Part shown: positions 28,875 to 37,647 of the stretch, one piece after another
Position numbering within the stretch: the first letter of the stretch is position 1
Layout of the letters: each line of letters begins with the position of its first letter
DNA from: Bacilli bacterium
GTDB taxonomy: Bacteria; Bacillota_I; Bacilli_A; RF39; UBA660
Direction: 5' to 3'
NCBI GenBank assembly: GCA_036658935.1
Contig: JAVXDN010000002.1
Location: forward strand, 1 to 39,507
Length of the DNA: 39,507 nt
Notes under the pieces: model-generated
Databases searched by the model: none
What the model was told of the DNA's origin: nothing
The model's input: only the letters and a program-made list of their open reading frames with translations
Translations under genes and position numbers: made by a program

Positions 28875-29525
28875 ATGAAAAAAATTATATTTATATTATT
28901 ATTATCTTTTTTTCCCTTACTTTTACATGCAAAATGTGGATATGAAGAACAAAATAAATTAAATACTTTAGCGTCCTATGTAGAATATGACTACATACAA
29001 AACAAAGATAATACTTTTAATATAACACTTACTAATATAGTACCATTCCTAGAAGTAGAATATAATAATAACATAATCTCTTCAACAAATAATCAAGTTG
29101 TAATACATAACTTAAAAGAAGGTCAAAACTTGAATTTTAAAATCTTATCTTCATCATCCTCTCCATGTCTAAATTCATTCTTAAGGTCAATTAACATAAC
29201 ACTACCATATATTAACGATTACTATAACACAGAATTATGTTTAGGTTATGAGAAACTACAAGTATGTTCCTCAGCTCTTCTAAATTACAAAGTAACATAT
29301 GATATATTTGTCTCAGCTAAAGAAAAATATGATGAACAAAATAAAGAAGAAGAGGAAATAATTACTAAACCAACTGAAACAAAAAAACAAAAAGAAAATA
29401 TATTTTCTCCAATTATTAAATTTATAAAAATGAACTATATAAAAATAATATTAGTAGCAATTACATCTATAATTTCTTATTCTATATTTAATAGAATATA
29501 TTCAAAAAAAAGATATGGTATATAG
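28875..29525 (+). CDS. Type-I membrane protein (signal peptide, Cys-containing ectodomain, C-terminal TM anchor); paralog A
   Basis: Start trimmed to the ATG at 28875, because the promoter lies inside the ORF-track extension. Signal peptide MKKIIFILLLSFFPLLLHA|KC, C-terminal TM IILVAITSIISYSIF and basic tail. Shares the motif C-x4-LR[ST]I-x15-C-x8-C with ORF 29574-30215. Confidence 0.65.
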   Translation: MKKIIFILLLSFFPLLLHAKCGYEEQNKLNTLASYVEYDYIQNKDNTFNITLTNIVPFLEVEYNNNIISSTNNQVVIHNLKEGQNLNFKILSSSSSPCLNSFLRSINITLPYINDYYNTELCLGYEKLQVCSSALLNYKVTYDIFVSAKEKYDEQNKEEEEIITKPTETKKQKENIFSPIIKFIKMNYIKIILVAITSIISYSIFNRIYSKKRYGI

Positions 29526-29539
29526 AAAACCATAAATTA

Positions 29540-29548
29540 TGCTATAAT
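29540..29548 (+). promoter_or_regulatory. Extended -10 promoter (TGcTATAAT)
   Basis: TGCTATAAT at 29540-29548, RBS agaggtgg, ATG at 29574. Confidence 0.45.
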
Positions 29549-29573
29549 GTATATACAATAAAGAGGTGGAAAA

Positions 29574-30215
29574 ATGAAGAAAACATTAATATTAATAATT
29601 TCTATATTGCTTGTATTCCCTACATTAATAAATGCAGAATGTAGTAATGAAACATTAATTGAATATTCTAAAAGTATACAAACAACAATCATTAATACAT
29701 CATATCCAAATACAATAGAATTACATATCAGTGGAATAAATGATTATATATATATAAAAGTAAAAAATAATTTAGAAACAGAAGAAAAAATATATACATC
29801 AAAAGATAAAAATGAATATGGATTTATTGTCTTGTCATCTCCTAATATAAATAAACAACTCATTTACGAAGTCTTAATATACAGTAAAGACACAGGATGT
29901 GGAGAAAAACCACTAAGAACTATAAAGACTAAAACAGAAAAATATAATAAATACTCTTCATACGCAGTATGCAAAGAAGCTAAAGATTTTAAATATTGCC
30001 TAGAATATTATGATACAGATAATTTAAGTGAGAATGAATTTTTAATAGAAGTAAATAAATATATAGAATCATCAAATAAAACTATGTTTGATAAAGTTTT
30101 AGAAGTTATATTAAAATATGGAATCTATGTATTAGTTCCTATTATAGTAGTTGGAGGGTTTTTTATAATTAAAACAATTATATATAAAAAGAAGGTGAAG
30201 CATGAAACAAAATAA
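29574..30215 (+). CDS. Type-I membrane protein; paralog B of ORF 28875-29525
   Basis: Signal peptide ...FPTLINA|EC, C-terminal TM VLVPIIVVGGFFII and basic tail, with the same four-Cys spacing as paralog A. Confidence 0.65.
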   Translation: MKKTLILIISILLVFPTLINAECSNETLIEYSKSIQTTIINTSYPNTIELHISGINDYIYIKVKNNLETEEKIYTSKDKNEYGFIVLSSPNINKQLIYEVLIYSKDTGCGEKPLRTIKTKTEKYNKYSSYAVCKEAKDFKYCLEYYDTDNLSENEFLIEVNKYIESSNKTMFDKVLEVILKYGIYVLVPIIVVGGFFIIKTIIYKKKVKHETK

Positions 30216-33200
30216 TAAAAATAATAAAGTATTAATAATAGTAACATTATTATGTTTATTTATCCCATTCTCTAAGTTAAATGCATCCCCTGAACATATA
30301 ACATTAGTTTTTAGAAATGGGCCAGCTTCTTCTAGCTCATTTAGATACTTACATAGTAACGTTAATATTGGTGGAAAAAGTGAAATAAAGGAAGTTGAAA
30401 GTGTTAAAGCTTGTAAAGATAAAAGAGGTATAGTAGAAACTTTTAATTATGAAGTAGGTTATGCTACTTGTGCACCAGATGAAAAAAAGACAGTAGGCTA
30501 TACATGTGGTTCTCCTATTGGGGTTTATTATCGTTTAGATGCAGCCCCATGTAAAAATGCACAAATGACTTGTAATAAAAATAATATACAAACTAATTTT
30601 AAAGCAGATAAAGTAATATCAAAAACAACTATCAAGACAAAAACGCCTACAGAAAATCCTCCATCAGTAAATCATACTTTAAAAAGTGTGAATTGTTCTA
30701 TTACATCATCCGGAAGAATAGAAACAAGAGAAATAACTGGATATATGTATAAAGTAAAAGGTACAAGCGATGAAACATACTGTATAGATCCAGGCTTAGA
30801 TTTCGAAGCTAATAGTAACTATACAATAGATAATACTTTTCATCTACCAAACTCTACTAATAAAGAAAAACAATTTTATAATGGATTAGTAACTATAATT
30901 CAAGCAGGAAAAGAAAGGGGGTACTCTCCAGATGCAATAGAAACAGCATTAAGACTTTGGACAGGCGCTATGTCTATTGAAGGCGGAGCAGATGGATACT
31001 GGAATGCAGAAGATCAATGGAGTACATCAACATCAGTATTTTCTGTAACCTCTTCACTTATTGTAAAAGACTTATATACTGAATATGTATCTAATATTAA
31101 AACAAATAAAGACTTCGCTCCTGGAGTAATGTTTTCATTAAATGATACCAATGATGCATGGGGAAAAGCAGTATGGCTTTTTTATGATGTATATAAAGGA
31201 AGAATAAAACAATGGAGTCCAAGTATTAAAACAAAATCTTCAACTTACAGAATATCAGATAATCATAAAACTACTATCACAATAGAAACAAACCTTAACA
31301 ATGAAACTACAATAGACGGAATAACATCATCTGATACGAGATTTTCTCCTGAAATAGTAAAAAAATATCAATGTGGGAATAAATATTGTTATGATGTATT
31401 GGTAAGTTCTACAAATATTAATTTAAAGGAAACATCATCTTATCCAGTGTCTTTTGAATTTTCCTATACAGACACAAGAAATCCTGAAAATAGAATAAAT
31501 ATGTATAATCCTGATAAAGGTAAAAAGTATCAGAAAATGATGCTATATGAGAGTGTTCCATCTAAATCAAAAATATCCCTTTCAGTAGTATTCACTACAC
31601 AAGAAATAACAAATCCTATATGTGAAGGTGAAATAAAATCTGATATAAGTACCAGTTGTAATGATAAAACTACTTCAAGTATTATAGACCCATCAATGGA
31701 CAACATTATTGACCCAAATTGCCAAAGAAACAATTATGTATTTAAGAGTAAAACATCTGGATATTTTAAAGTATATTGTAGAGAAGAATCATATTTTAAT
31801 TTTCTTGATAAAGTTGATGTCAACTCAGGAAAATATTTCAAATATAATACCAAAACTTTCTTAGATAAAAAAAATAACATAAATACCACATCATCAATTA
31901 AACAAGTAAGAGAATGTAGCGTAAAAATTGATTATAACGGTTGGAAAAATGAATATGATAGTATAAATAAAAAAGTACTAGATGATTATAATGAATATCA
32001 AAAATATTTATCATTACAAAATGCTAATTACACAACTTCTATAGGACATGATTCAGATTCATCTAGAGGATGTGCTAATTGTTGTAATTGCCACGAATGT
32101 GGGACTAAAGAAAAACCAAAAACATGCTGTTCATCTGGAAAAGGAGGAAAAGCAAGTACTTCATGGACAAGCTATAAATGGAATTCAACATATACATATA
32201 CTAATCCAAATGGAAGCACAGTAACTAAAACCGCAGAATTAAGTTCTCCTGGAAGTGGTAGTGTAACATGTGATCCATGTAGTGGATGTAGGGTAAGTTC
32301 TTATAATGGAAACCCTAATAAAAATGCAAATATAAGTGTGCCATATTATAATACATATAAAGAATCAGTTAATAAAAGAGATAAACTTTTAGAAGATATG
32401 GAATATTATTCAATGTATGATAAAAACATTGTTTCATCTCCTAGCACATCTATTACATTAAATAAAGCTACTAGTTTATATAAATATCTACTAGATCCTT
32501 CTACATACACAGATCCTACATTAACTCTTGAGTATAAAGATACTGAATATCGTCACCCTGAAATTGCAAGTAAAAAAGAATACTCAGAACCTAAAACATC
32601 GTATTGTGTAGGGTGTAGTAGTACTAAATCATTAAATCCAACTATAGGTACAAATAATATTAACTATTATAATTGTAGTAATAACTCTTGCAGTAAAACA
32701 ACTGCAGAAGTACCAAATAGTACATTAAATAACATAAATATAACAAGAGAAGTACAATTTTATAATAACGATGAATATTACACTAATATATTAACTGGAG
32801 GATATACTACAACTCCAGGAGAAAATAAATTAAGACTTGAAAATTATGCATATCCTGTACATCTTAATACTAAAAGTGGTGAGTATGAAGTTTCATTAAC
32901 ATATAAAAACTTAAATAACACAAAGAAATTTATTGAAAGAAAAAAGGATATACTATTTGATAATATTACTTCAAAATTTGATAATACATATTATTGTACA
33001 TATAATGCTACAAATAAAATACCTTTTTGGAGTGAAAAAGAAGTATATGGAATAGTCTTTAGACCGGTTGATCTTACAAACTTATTCCCAGGTGGAAGAG
33101 AAATTGGAGAAAACTGGGCAAAAGAATTAGATATAATTAAATATATACAAAAATTAGGAAATAACATATGGACTAATTCAAAATCAACTCCACAATACAC

Positions 33201-33405
33201 AGTTATACTAACACCAAAAGAAATACAAAATATCAAGTGGTATAATCAAAATAAAAATTATTTATCTTCTGAAACTCTTAAATGTGATGGAGCAACTTGT
33301 ATAAGCACCATGCTTAAAAATCATGATTACGTATTTAATTACAATAAATTAAATGTTTCAACTGATCCATATGGAAATAGTTACAGATTTAAGGGAGGTA
33401 ATTAA
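30202..33405 (+). CDS. Large (1067 aa) secreted Cys-rich protein of unknown family; candidate pilus-associated adhesin or tip factor
   Basis: Signal peptide (VLIIVTLLCLFIPFSKLNA|S). No C-terminal TM or LPXTG motif seen. Dense Cys clusters GCANCCNCHECG...TCC (32071-32130) and TCDPCSGC (32269-32289). Overlaps the upstream gene by 14 nt and ends 3 nt before the next gene. Confidence 0.6.
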   Translation: MKQNNKNNKVLIIVTLLCLFIPFSKLNASPEHITLVFRNGPASSSSFRYLHSNVNIGGKSEIKEVESVKACKDKRGIVETFNYEVGYATCAPDEKKTVGYTCGSPIGVYYRLDAAPCKNAQMTCNKNNIQTNFKADKVISKTTIKTKTPTENPPSVNHTLKSVNCSITSSGRIETREITGYMYKVKGTSDETYCIDPGLDFEANSNYTIDNTFHLPNSTNKEKQFYNGLVTIIQAGKERGYSPDAIETALRLWTGAMSIEGGADGYWNAEDQWSTSTSVFSVTSSLIVKDLYTEYVSNIKTNKDFAPGVMFSLNDTNDAWGKAVWLFYDVYKGRIKQWSPSIKTKSSTYRISDNHKTTITIETNLNNETTIDGITSSDTRFSPEIVKKYQCGNKYCYDVLVSSTNINLKETSSYPVSFEFSYTDTRNPENRINMYNPDKGKKYQKMMLYESVPSKSKISLSVVFTTQEITNPICEGEIKSDISTSCNDKTTSSIIDPSMDNIIDPNCQRNNYVFKSKTSGYFKVYCREESYFNFLDKVDVNSGKYFKYNTKTFLDKKNNINTTSSIKQVRECSVKIDYNGWKNEYDSINKKVLDDYNEYQKYLSLQNANYTTSIGHDSDSSRGCANCCNCHECGTKEKPKTCCSSGKGGKASTSWTSYKWNSTYTYTNPNGSTVTKTAELSSPGSGSVTCDPCSGCRVSSYNGNPNKNANISVPYYNTYKESVNKRDKLLEDMEYYSMYDKNIVSSPSTSITLNKATSLYKYLLDPSTYTDPTLTLEYKDTEYRHPEIASKKEYSEPKTSYCVGCSSTKSLNPTIGTNNINYYNCSNNSCSKTTAEVPNSTLNNINITREVQFYNNDEYYTNILTGGYTTTPGENKLRLENYAYPVHLNTKSGEYEVSLTYKNLNNTKKFIERKKDILFDNITSKFDNTYYCTYNATNKIPFWSEKEVYGIVFRPVDLTNLFPGGREIGENWAKELDIIKYIQKLGNNIWTNSKSTPQYTVILTPKEIQNIKWYNQNKNYLSSETLKCDGATCISTMLKNHDYVFNYNKLNVSTDPYGNSYRFKGGN

Positions 33406-33408
33406 CAT

Positions 33409-33822
33409 ATGAAAGAAAGCTTATGGGGATATTTAGTTTTAATACTTGGAATTATGATATTAGTAGTTATGATATTAGTAAGAGATATAACTTCTACTAC
33501 AGAAAATGATTATTATTTAACAAAAGAAGCTATGAATGCCGCAATGGTAGATTCTCTAGATTATGGAACATACATGCAAAGTGGGGAAATAAGAATAATA
33601 TCAGATAAATTTGTAGAAAACTTCACTAGACGTTTCGCTCAAAGTGTTTCTTCTTCAAAAACATATAAAATAGAATTCTATGAAATATATGAAACACCAC
33701 CTAAAGCAACTATAAGAATAACTACATCTACAAAGAAATACACAGTAACAACAAATGATAATGAAGGTGTAGGATTTGATATAGTTACTCTTCTAAGTGG
33801 AGTACTAGAAACTAAATATTAA
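33409..33822 (+). CDS. Small N-terminally anchored protein; candidate minor pilin (TadE/TadG-like)
   Basis: N-terminus MKESLWG-YLVLILGIMILVVMILV: a short polar leader ending in Gly, then a hydrophobic helix. It parallels ORF 37945-38436 (MKESIGG-TWLLGLVVLFIVLF). Confidence 0.45.
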   Translation: MKESLWGYLVLILGIMILVVMILVRDITSTTENDYYLTKEAMNAAMVDSLDYGTYMQSGEIRIISDKFVENFTRRFAQSVSSSKTYKIEFYEIYETPPKATIRITTSTKKYTVTTNDNEGVGFDIVTLLSGVLETKY

Positions 33823-33824
33823 AC

Positions 33825-33877
33825 ACAAAAGACTTCCTATTATCTTTATTGATTTTAGGAGCTTTTTGTTTTATAAT
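33825..33877 (+). promoter_or_regulatory. Imperfect hairpin with T-tract, then TATAAT; possible partial terminator plus internal promoter ahead of the cpaB-like gene
   Basis: acaaaagacttcct (33825-33838) pairs imperfectly with aggagctttttgt (33857-33869). TATAAT at 33872-33877. RBS agggag before the ATG at 33910. Confidence 0.3.
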
Positions 33878-33909
33878 TAATACATAATAAAAAGGGAGAA
33901 ATTAAAAAT

Positions 33910-34719
33910 ATGAAAAATTTAAAAGCAACATTAAAAAGATTCTTTACAAATAAAAATACAGTAACTATTCTTTGTGTAATAGGAGCAGTATTAGTACTAT
34001 TTTTTGGATATAATTGGAGAATTAAACAAGTAACTACACCAGTAAGAGTTCCTTATGCATTAAAAAACATTCAACCTAGAACTGTAATAACAGAAGATAT
34101 GATAGGTTATGTAGAAATACCACAAAGCATGTTAACACCAAATACTGCTAGAACAGTTTCAGAAGTGTTAAATAAATATGCTAGTTTTAATACTGTAATA
34201 CCTAAAGGAAGTTTATTTTATAAAAGTGCAATAATGACTTGGGAACAAATGCCAGATTCAGCTTGGGCAGATATACCTGATGGATACACAGTTGTATCTC
34301 TTCCAGTAACAACAGAAACAACTTATGGAAATTCAATATTTCCAGGAAACTATATAGACCTTTATTTTCAATCATACGATGAAACAGGAAAACTTATATT
34401 CGGAAAATTCATAGAAAGTATTGATGTATTAGCAGTTAAAGATAGTAGTGGAAAACATGTATTTGAAAATAGTGATACATTAGGTACTCCCTCATCATTA
34501 ATATTTGCAGTTCCTGAATCTCTTCATTTATTATTAAGAAAAGCATCTTATATGTCTGGAGAGATAATACCAGTACCTAGAAATGCAAGCTATTCACAAA
34601 ATCCATCCGCTACTATTGTAAGTAGTGAATACTTAAAGAACTTTATATTATCACAAACAGTAGTAATACCCGATGAAAAATTACCTTCACTTGATGAAAA
34701 CATTAAACCAAAAGAATAA
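33910..34719 (+). CDS. cpaB: Flp/Tad pilus assembly protein CpaB/RcpC-like (SAF plus RcpC domains)
   Basis: N-terminal TM. SAF-like PVRVPYALKNIQPRTVITEDMIGYVEIPQSML...VIPKGSLF. RcpC-like IPDGYTVVSLPVTTETTYGNSIFPGNYIDLYF. Confidence 0.75.
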   Translation: MKNLKATLKRFFTNKNTVTILCVIGAVLVLFFGYNWRIKQVTTPVRVPYALKNIQPRTVITEDMIGYVEIPQSMLTPNTARTVSEVLNKYASFNTVIPKGSLFYKSAIMTWEQMPDSAWADIPDGYTVVSLPVTTETTYGNSIFPGNYIDLYFQSYDETGKLIFGKFIESIDVLAVKDSSGKHVFENSDTLGTPSSLIFAVPESLHLLLRKASYMSGEIIPVPRNASYSQNPSATIVSSEYLKNFILSQTVVIPDEKLPSLDENIKPKE

Positions 34720-34741
34720 AATATAAAAAGGAGATAAAATT

Positions 34742-35863
34742 ATGAATGATACAATATTTGAACAAATAGATTTTGGACCTTTAATCCCTTTGTTACAAGA
34801 AGATGATTATACAGATATCTCCTATTCAAATGGTGGAGGATTATTTGTAAAAAGTCTTACAAAAGGTGTGTTTAAAATAGAAAATAATCCATTAATAAAT
34901 AATGCATTAATGGAGAAAATAGCATTTCAATGTTCAAACGTAATGGGTAAAACATTTAACATGGCTCATCCTTTCCTTGATGCAGAAAATGCAGAACTTC
35001 GTTTAAACTTTGTACATGAATCAATCGCTACAAATGGTATAGCGGTATTAATTCGTAAAACTCCAGCTAAGATAAGATTGAATAAAGATAAATTATTAAA
35101 AGAAAACTATGTATCTCTACAACTTCATGATTTTTTATTTAAATGCATAGAAGGACACTGTAATGTAATAGTAAGTGGAGAAACTGGTAGTGGAAAAACA
35201 GAACTAGTTAAATATCTAGCTGCACATACTGGAGAAAATGAAAAATTAATTACAATAGAAGATACTCTAGAACTACACTTAGATAAGATATTTCCAAATA
35301 GAGATATAGTCGCAATGAAAACAAATAATATAGCATCTTATACTGAAATATTAGTAACTTGTATGAGACAAAACCCTAAATGGATATTACTTTCTGAAGT
35401 ACGTTCAGCTGAAGCAGTAACTGCAGTTAGAAACTCTATATCTTCAGGACACAATATAATTTCAACTATCCACTCAGATAAAGCTTCCTCAATCCCAATG
35501 CGTATGTATTCACTTCTAGAAACAAACCTAGATGCTGAACAATTCTTAAAGAGTATTCACAGATATATACACTTAGGAGTTCATGTAAAAGGATATATGT
35601 CAAAAAAATACAATCGTTTTCAAAGAGAAATAGTAGAAGTATGTGAATTCTATGTTGATGAAAATAACGAAGCTAAAACTAATACATTATACAGTAAAAC
35701 AATGGATGGTAAAGAAATATATCATAATCCAACTAAATACTTACTTGATTATTTATCAGCTGGAGGAATAGACATTCCAAAAGAAACATTTGTAAATGAT
35801 GAAGGAATATTAAAAACATCAAATGAAGAAACAAAACAAGAAGAAATAATAGAAATACTTTAA
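34742..35863 (+). CDS. tadA: Tad/type IV filament secretion ATPase (CpaF/TadA, T2SSE/VirB11 superfamily)
   Basis: Walker A GETGSGKTE (35177-35200), Asp box ITIEDTLEL, Walker B ILLSEVRSAEA, His box GHNIISTIHS. N-terminal YTDISYSNGGGLFV. At 373 aa it is short for CpaF. Confidence 0.88.
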   Translation: MNDTIFEQIDFGPLIPLLQEDDYTDISYSNGGGLFVKSLTKGVFKIENNPLINNALMEKIAFQCSNVMGKTFNMAHPFLDAENAELRLNFVHESIATNGIAVLIRKTPAKIRLNKDKLLKENYVSLQLHDFLFKCIEGHCNVIVSGETGSGKTELVKYLAAHTGENEKLITIEDTLELHLDKIFPNRDIVAMKTNNIASYTEILVTCMRQNPKWILLSEVRSAEAVTAVRNSISSGHNIISTIHSDKASSIPMRMYSLLETNLDAEQFLKSIHRYIHLGVHVKGYMSKKYNRFQREIVEVCEFYVDENNEAKTNTLYSKTMDGKEIYHNPTKYLLDYLSAGGIDIPKETFVNDEGILKTSNEETKQEEIIEIL

Positions 35864-35888
35864 AAAAATATGATAGGAGGTGCTAATT

Positions 35889-36791
35889 ATGTATATACTA
35901 GAAATACTTATAATATCATTTCTAATTCTTTTTATGATTTTATATCGTAAAAATGATGGAGAAAAGTTTTATAAATTCTTTTCAAATACAATAATGAACA
36001 CCTATAATAAATATGCTCCATATTCATATAAAGAAGTAAAAGAAAAAGTAAAACAATTAGGTGGAAACTTTACATTAAAACAATATATAATTCAAATAAT
36101 AGTATTAGGAGGCTTCTTTGGAGTAGTTGGATACTTATACTTTTATAGTTTAATATATGCTCTTATCTATGCAGGATTAGCTATTGCATTTATTCCATAT
36201 CTTGCTTACTTAAGAAGCTATAAAATATATAGTGAATACGTATTTGAACAAATACAAGTATATACTACTAACGTAATAATGGAATTCAATACTACTCAAA
36301 GCTTTGTAAAAGCTTTAGAAGGAGTAGCAGAGAGTGGAGTACTAGAAGACCCTGTATTATCTGATGTAAAAGAAATGATAAGACTTTCATATAACAATGG
36401 AAATATAGAAGATCCAATAAACTATATGAACTCAAAATATGACTACTACATAGTTAAAAATATGCATCAATTATTCCTTCAAATAACACAAGAAGGTGCA
36501 AAAGACGCAGGAGAATCTCTTGAGAATATGTTACAAGATATAGATATGTTAGTAGAAGGAGTATATAGAGATAGAATGGATAGAGATGGATTTCATAAGA
36601 AATTCATTACATTTGGTTTTGCTCTTTTTGCCCTTATAATATTAATACAATATTTACTAGGAAGAGCTTCATATATGGAACTTGTACAATTATGGTATGT
36701 CCAAATAATACTTCATGGAGTAATACTAATAAATACTGGATTCTTACTAAGTGGAGAAAAATATTATAATCAAGAAGTAGGTGCTGAATAA
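35889..36791 (+). CDS. tadB: TadB-like platform protein (T2SSF domain)
   Basis: Start set at the ATG at 35889, 8 nt after AGGAGG; the ORF-track GTG at 35880 abuts the RBS. Has an N-terminal TM, a TM pair, a soluble helical T2SSF-like domain and C-terminal TMs. Sits directly downstream of tadA. Confidence 0.7.
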   Translation: MYILEILIISFLILFMILYRKNDGEKFYKFFSNTIMNTYNKYAPYSYKEVKEKVKQLGGNFTLKQYIIQIIVLGGFFGVVGYLYFYSLIYALIYAGLAIAFIPYLAYLRSYKIYSEYVFEQIQVYTTNVIMEFNTTQSFVKALEGVAESGVLEDPVLSDVKEMIRLSYNNGNIEDPINYMNSKYDYYIVKNMHQLFLQITQEGAKDAGESLENMLQDIDMLVEGVYRDRMDRDGFHKKFITFGFALFALIILIQYLLGRASYMELVQLWYVQIILHGVILINTGFLLSGEKYYNQEVGAE

Positions 36792-37573
36792 TGGAAATAC
36801 TAATAGTAGGAATATTAATAATTATAGCACTCATAGTAAATGGAAGAATAGATACAAAAAAGTTTATAAAAGATAATGAATTAGCGGTTAATATATTAAA
36901 AGAATCTGATTATGACTTTTTAGTAAGAGCAAAATATGGAGATAAAGTAACTCCAGAAGAAATGTTTAGAAAAAGAGTAAAAAACTCCCTTTTAATATTT
37001 ATAATAATGTTATTTATTTTAATCGCACAAATAAACTTCTTAAATATAGTTCTTTGTGTAATAGTAACAGTAGTAATGTTCAAATCATATTATTTAACAC
37101 TTAAATCATATTATAAAAAACATCTTCATGAGATAGATCTCTTACTTCCTTATTACTTAAAATCTTTAGAAATATTAATGCAACATTATACAGTACCAGT
37201 AGCATTAGGAAAATCTATAAAAGATGCTCCCGCTATATTTAAAGATGGATTAGATATATTAATAAGTAAAATAAATGCAGGAGATGGTTCAATAGATCCA
37301 TATATGGAATTCGCTATTTCTTATCCAGTAAGAGATTCAATGAGAATGATGAGATTACTTTATAGATTAGGTATGGGAAATCAAGAAAGAAAAGATGAAC
37401 AATTAATGACTTTCTCTAGAACTATTTCATCTCTACAAAATAAAAGTAGAGAAACTAAATATAAAGAAAGATTAAATAAAATGGAAAGTAAAACAATGTT
37501 AATGCTATCAGTAACTGGTATTGGAGTATTATTACTTCTTATGTTGACAATAATAAGAATGTTTAATGTATAA
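36791..37573 (+). CDS. tadC: TadC-like platform protein (T2SSF domain)
   Basis: TAATG overlap with tadB and the same topology class as tadB. T2SSF-like soluble region LLPYYLKSLEILMQHYTVPVALGKSI. Confidence 0.7.
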   Translation: MEILIVGILIIIALIVNGRIDTKKFIKDNELAVNILKESDYDFLVRAKYGDKVTPEEMFRKRVKNSLLIFIIMLFILIAQINFLNIVLCVIVTVVMFKSYYLTLKSYYKKHLHEIDLLLPYYLKSLEILMQHYTVPVALGKSIKDAPAIFKDGLDILISKINAGDGSIDPYMEFAISYPVRDSMRMMRLLYRLGMGNQERKDEQLMTFSRTISSLQNKSRETKYKERLNKMESKTMLMLSVTGIGVLLLLMLTIIRMFNV

Positions 37574-37586
37574 CTTAAACACATTA

Positions 37587-37615
37587 TTGATTAATATGAA
37601 AAAATTAAGTATAAT
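37587..37615 (+). promoter_or_regulatory. Near-consensus sigma-A promoter dedicated to the pilin gene
   Basis: TTGATT (37587-37592), 17-bp spacer, TATAAT (37610-37615). Strong RBS aggaggg, ATG at 37648. Confidence 0.65.
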
Positions 37616-37647
37616 GAAATATATAAAGTAGAGGAGGGTGATAATAA

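Noticed and set aside
28875-28940. Lipoprotein signal (Cys shortly after the hydrophobic core) in paralogs A and B.
   Set aside because: The residues before the Cys (L-H-A-K-C and I-N-A-E-C) do not match a lipobox L-[AS]-[GA]-C. Type I signal peptidase cleavage after HA or NA is more likely.
30775-30960. Possible thioester-domain signature in the 1067-aa protein (TYCIDPG, then ETALRLW, resembling the [YF]C[ILV][EQD] and TQxA[IV]W motifs of Gram-positive adhesins).
   Set aside because: The second motif lacks the essential Gln. The two elements are only about 55 residues apart, whereas known thioester domains have roughly 150. I treat it as chance resemblance unless a structure search says otherwise.
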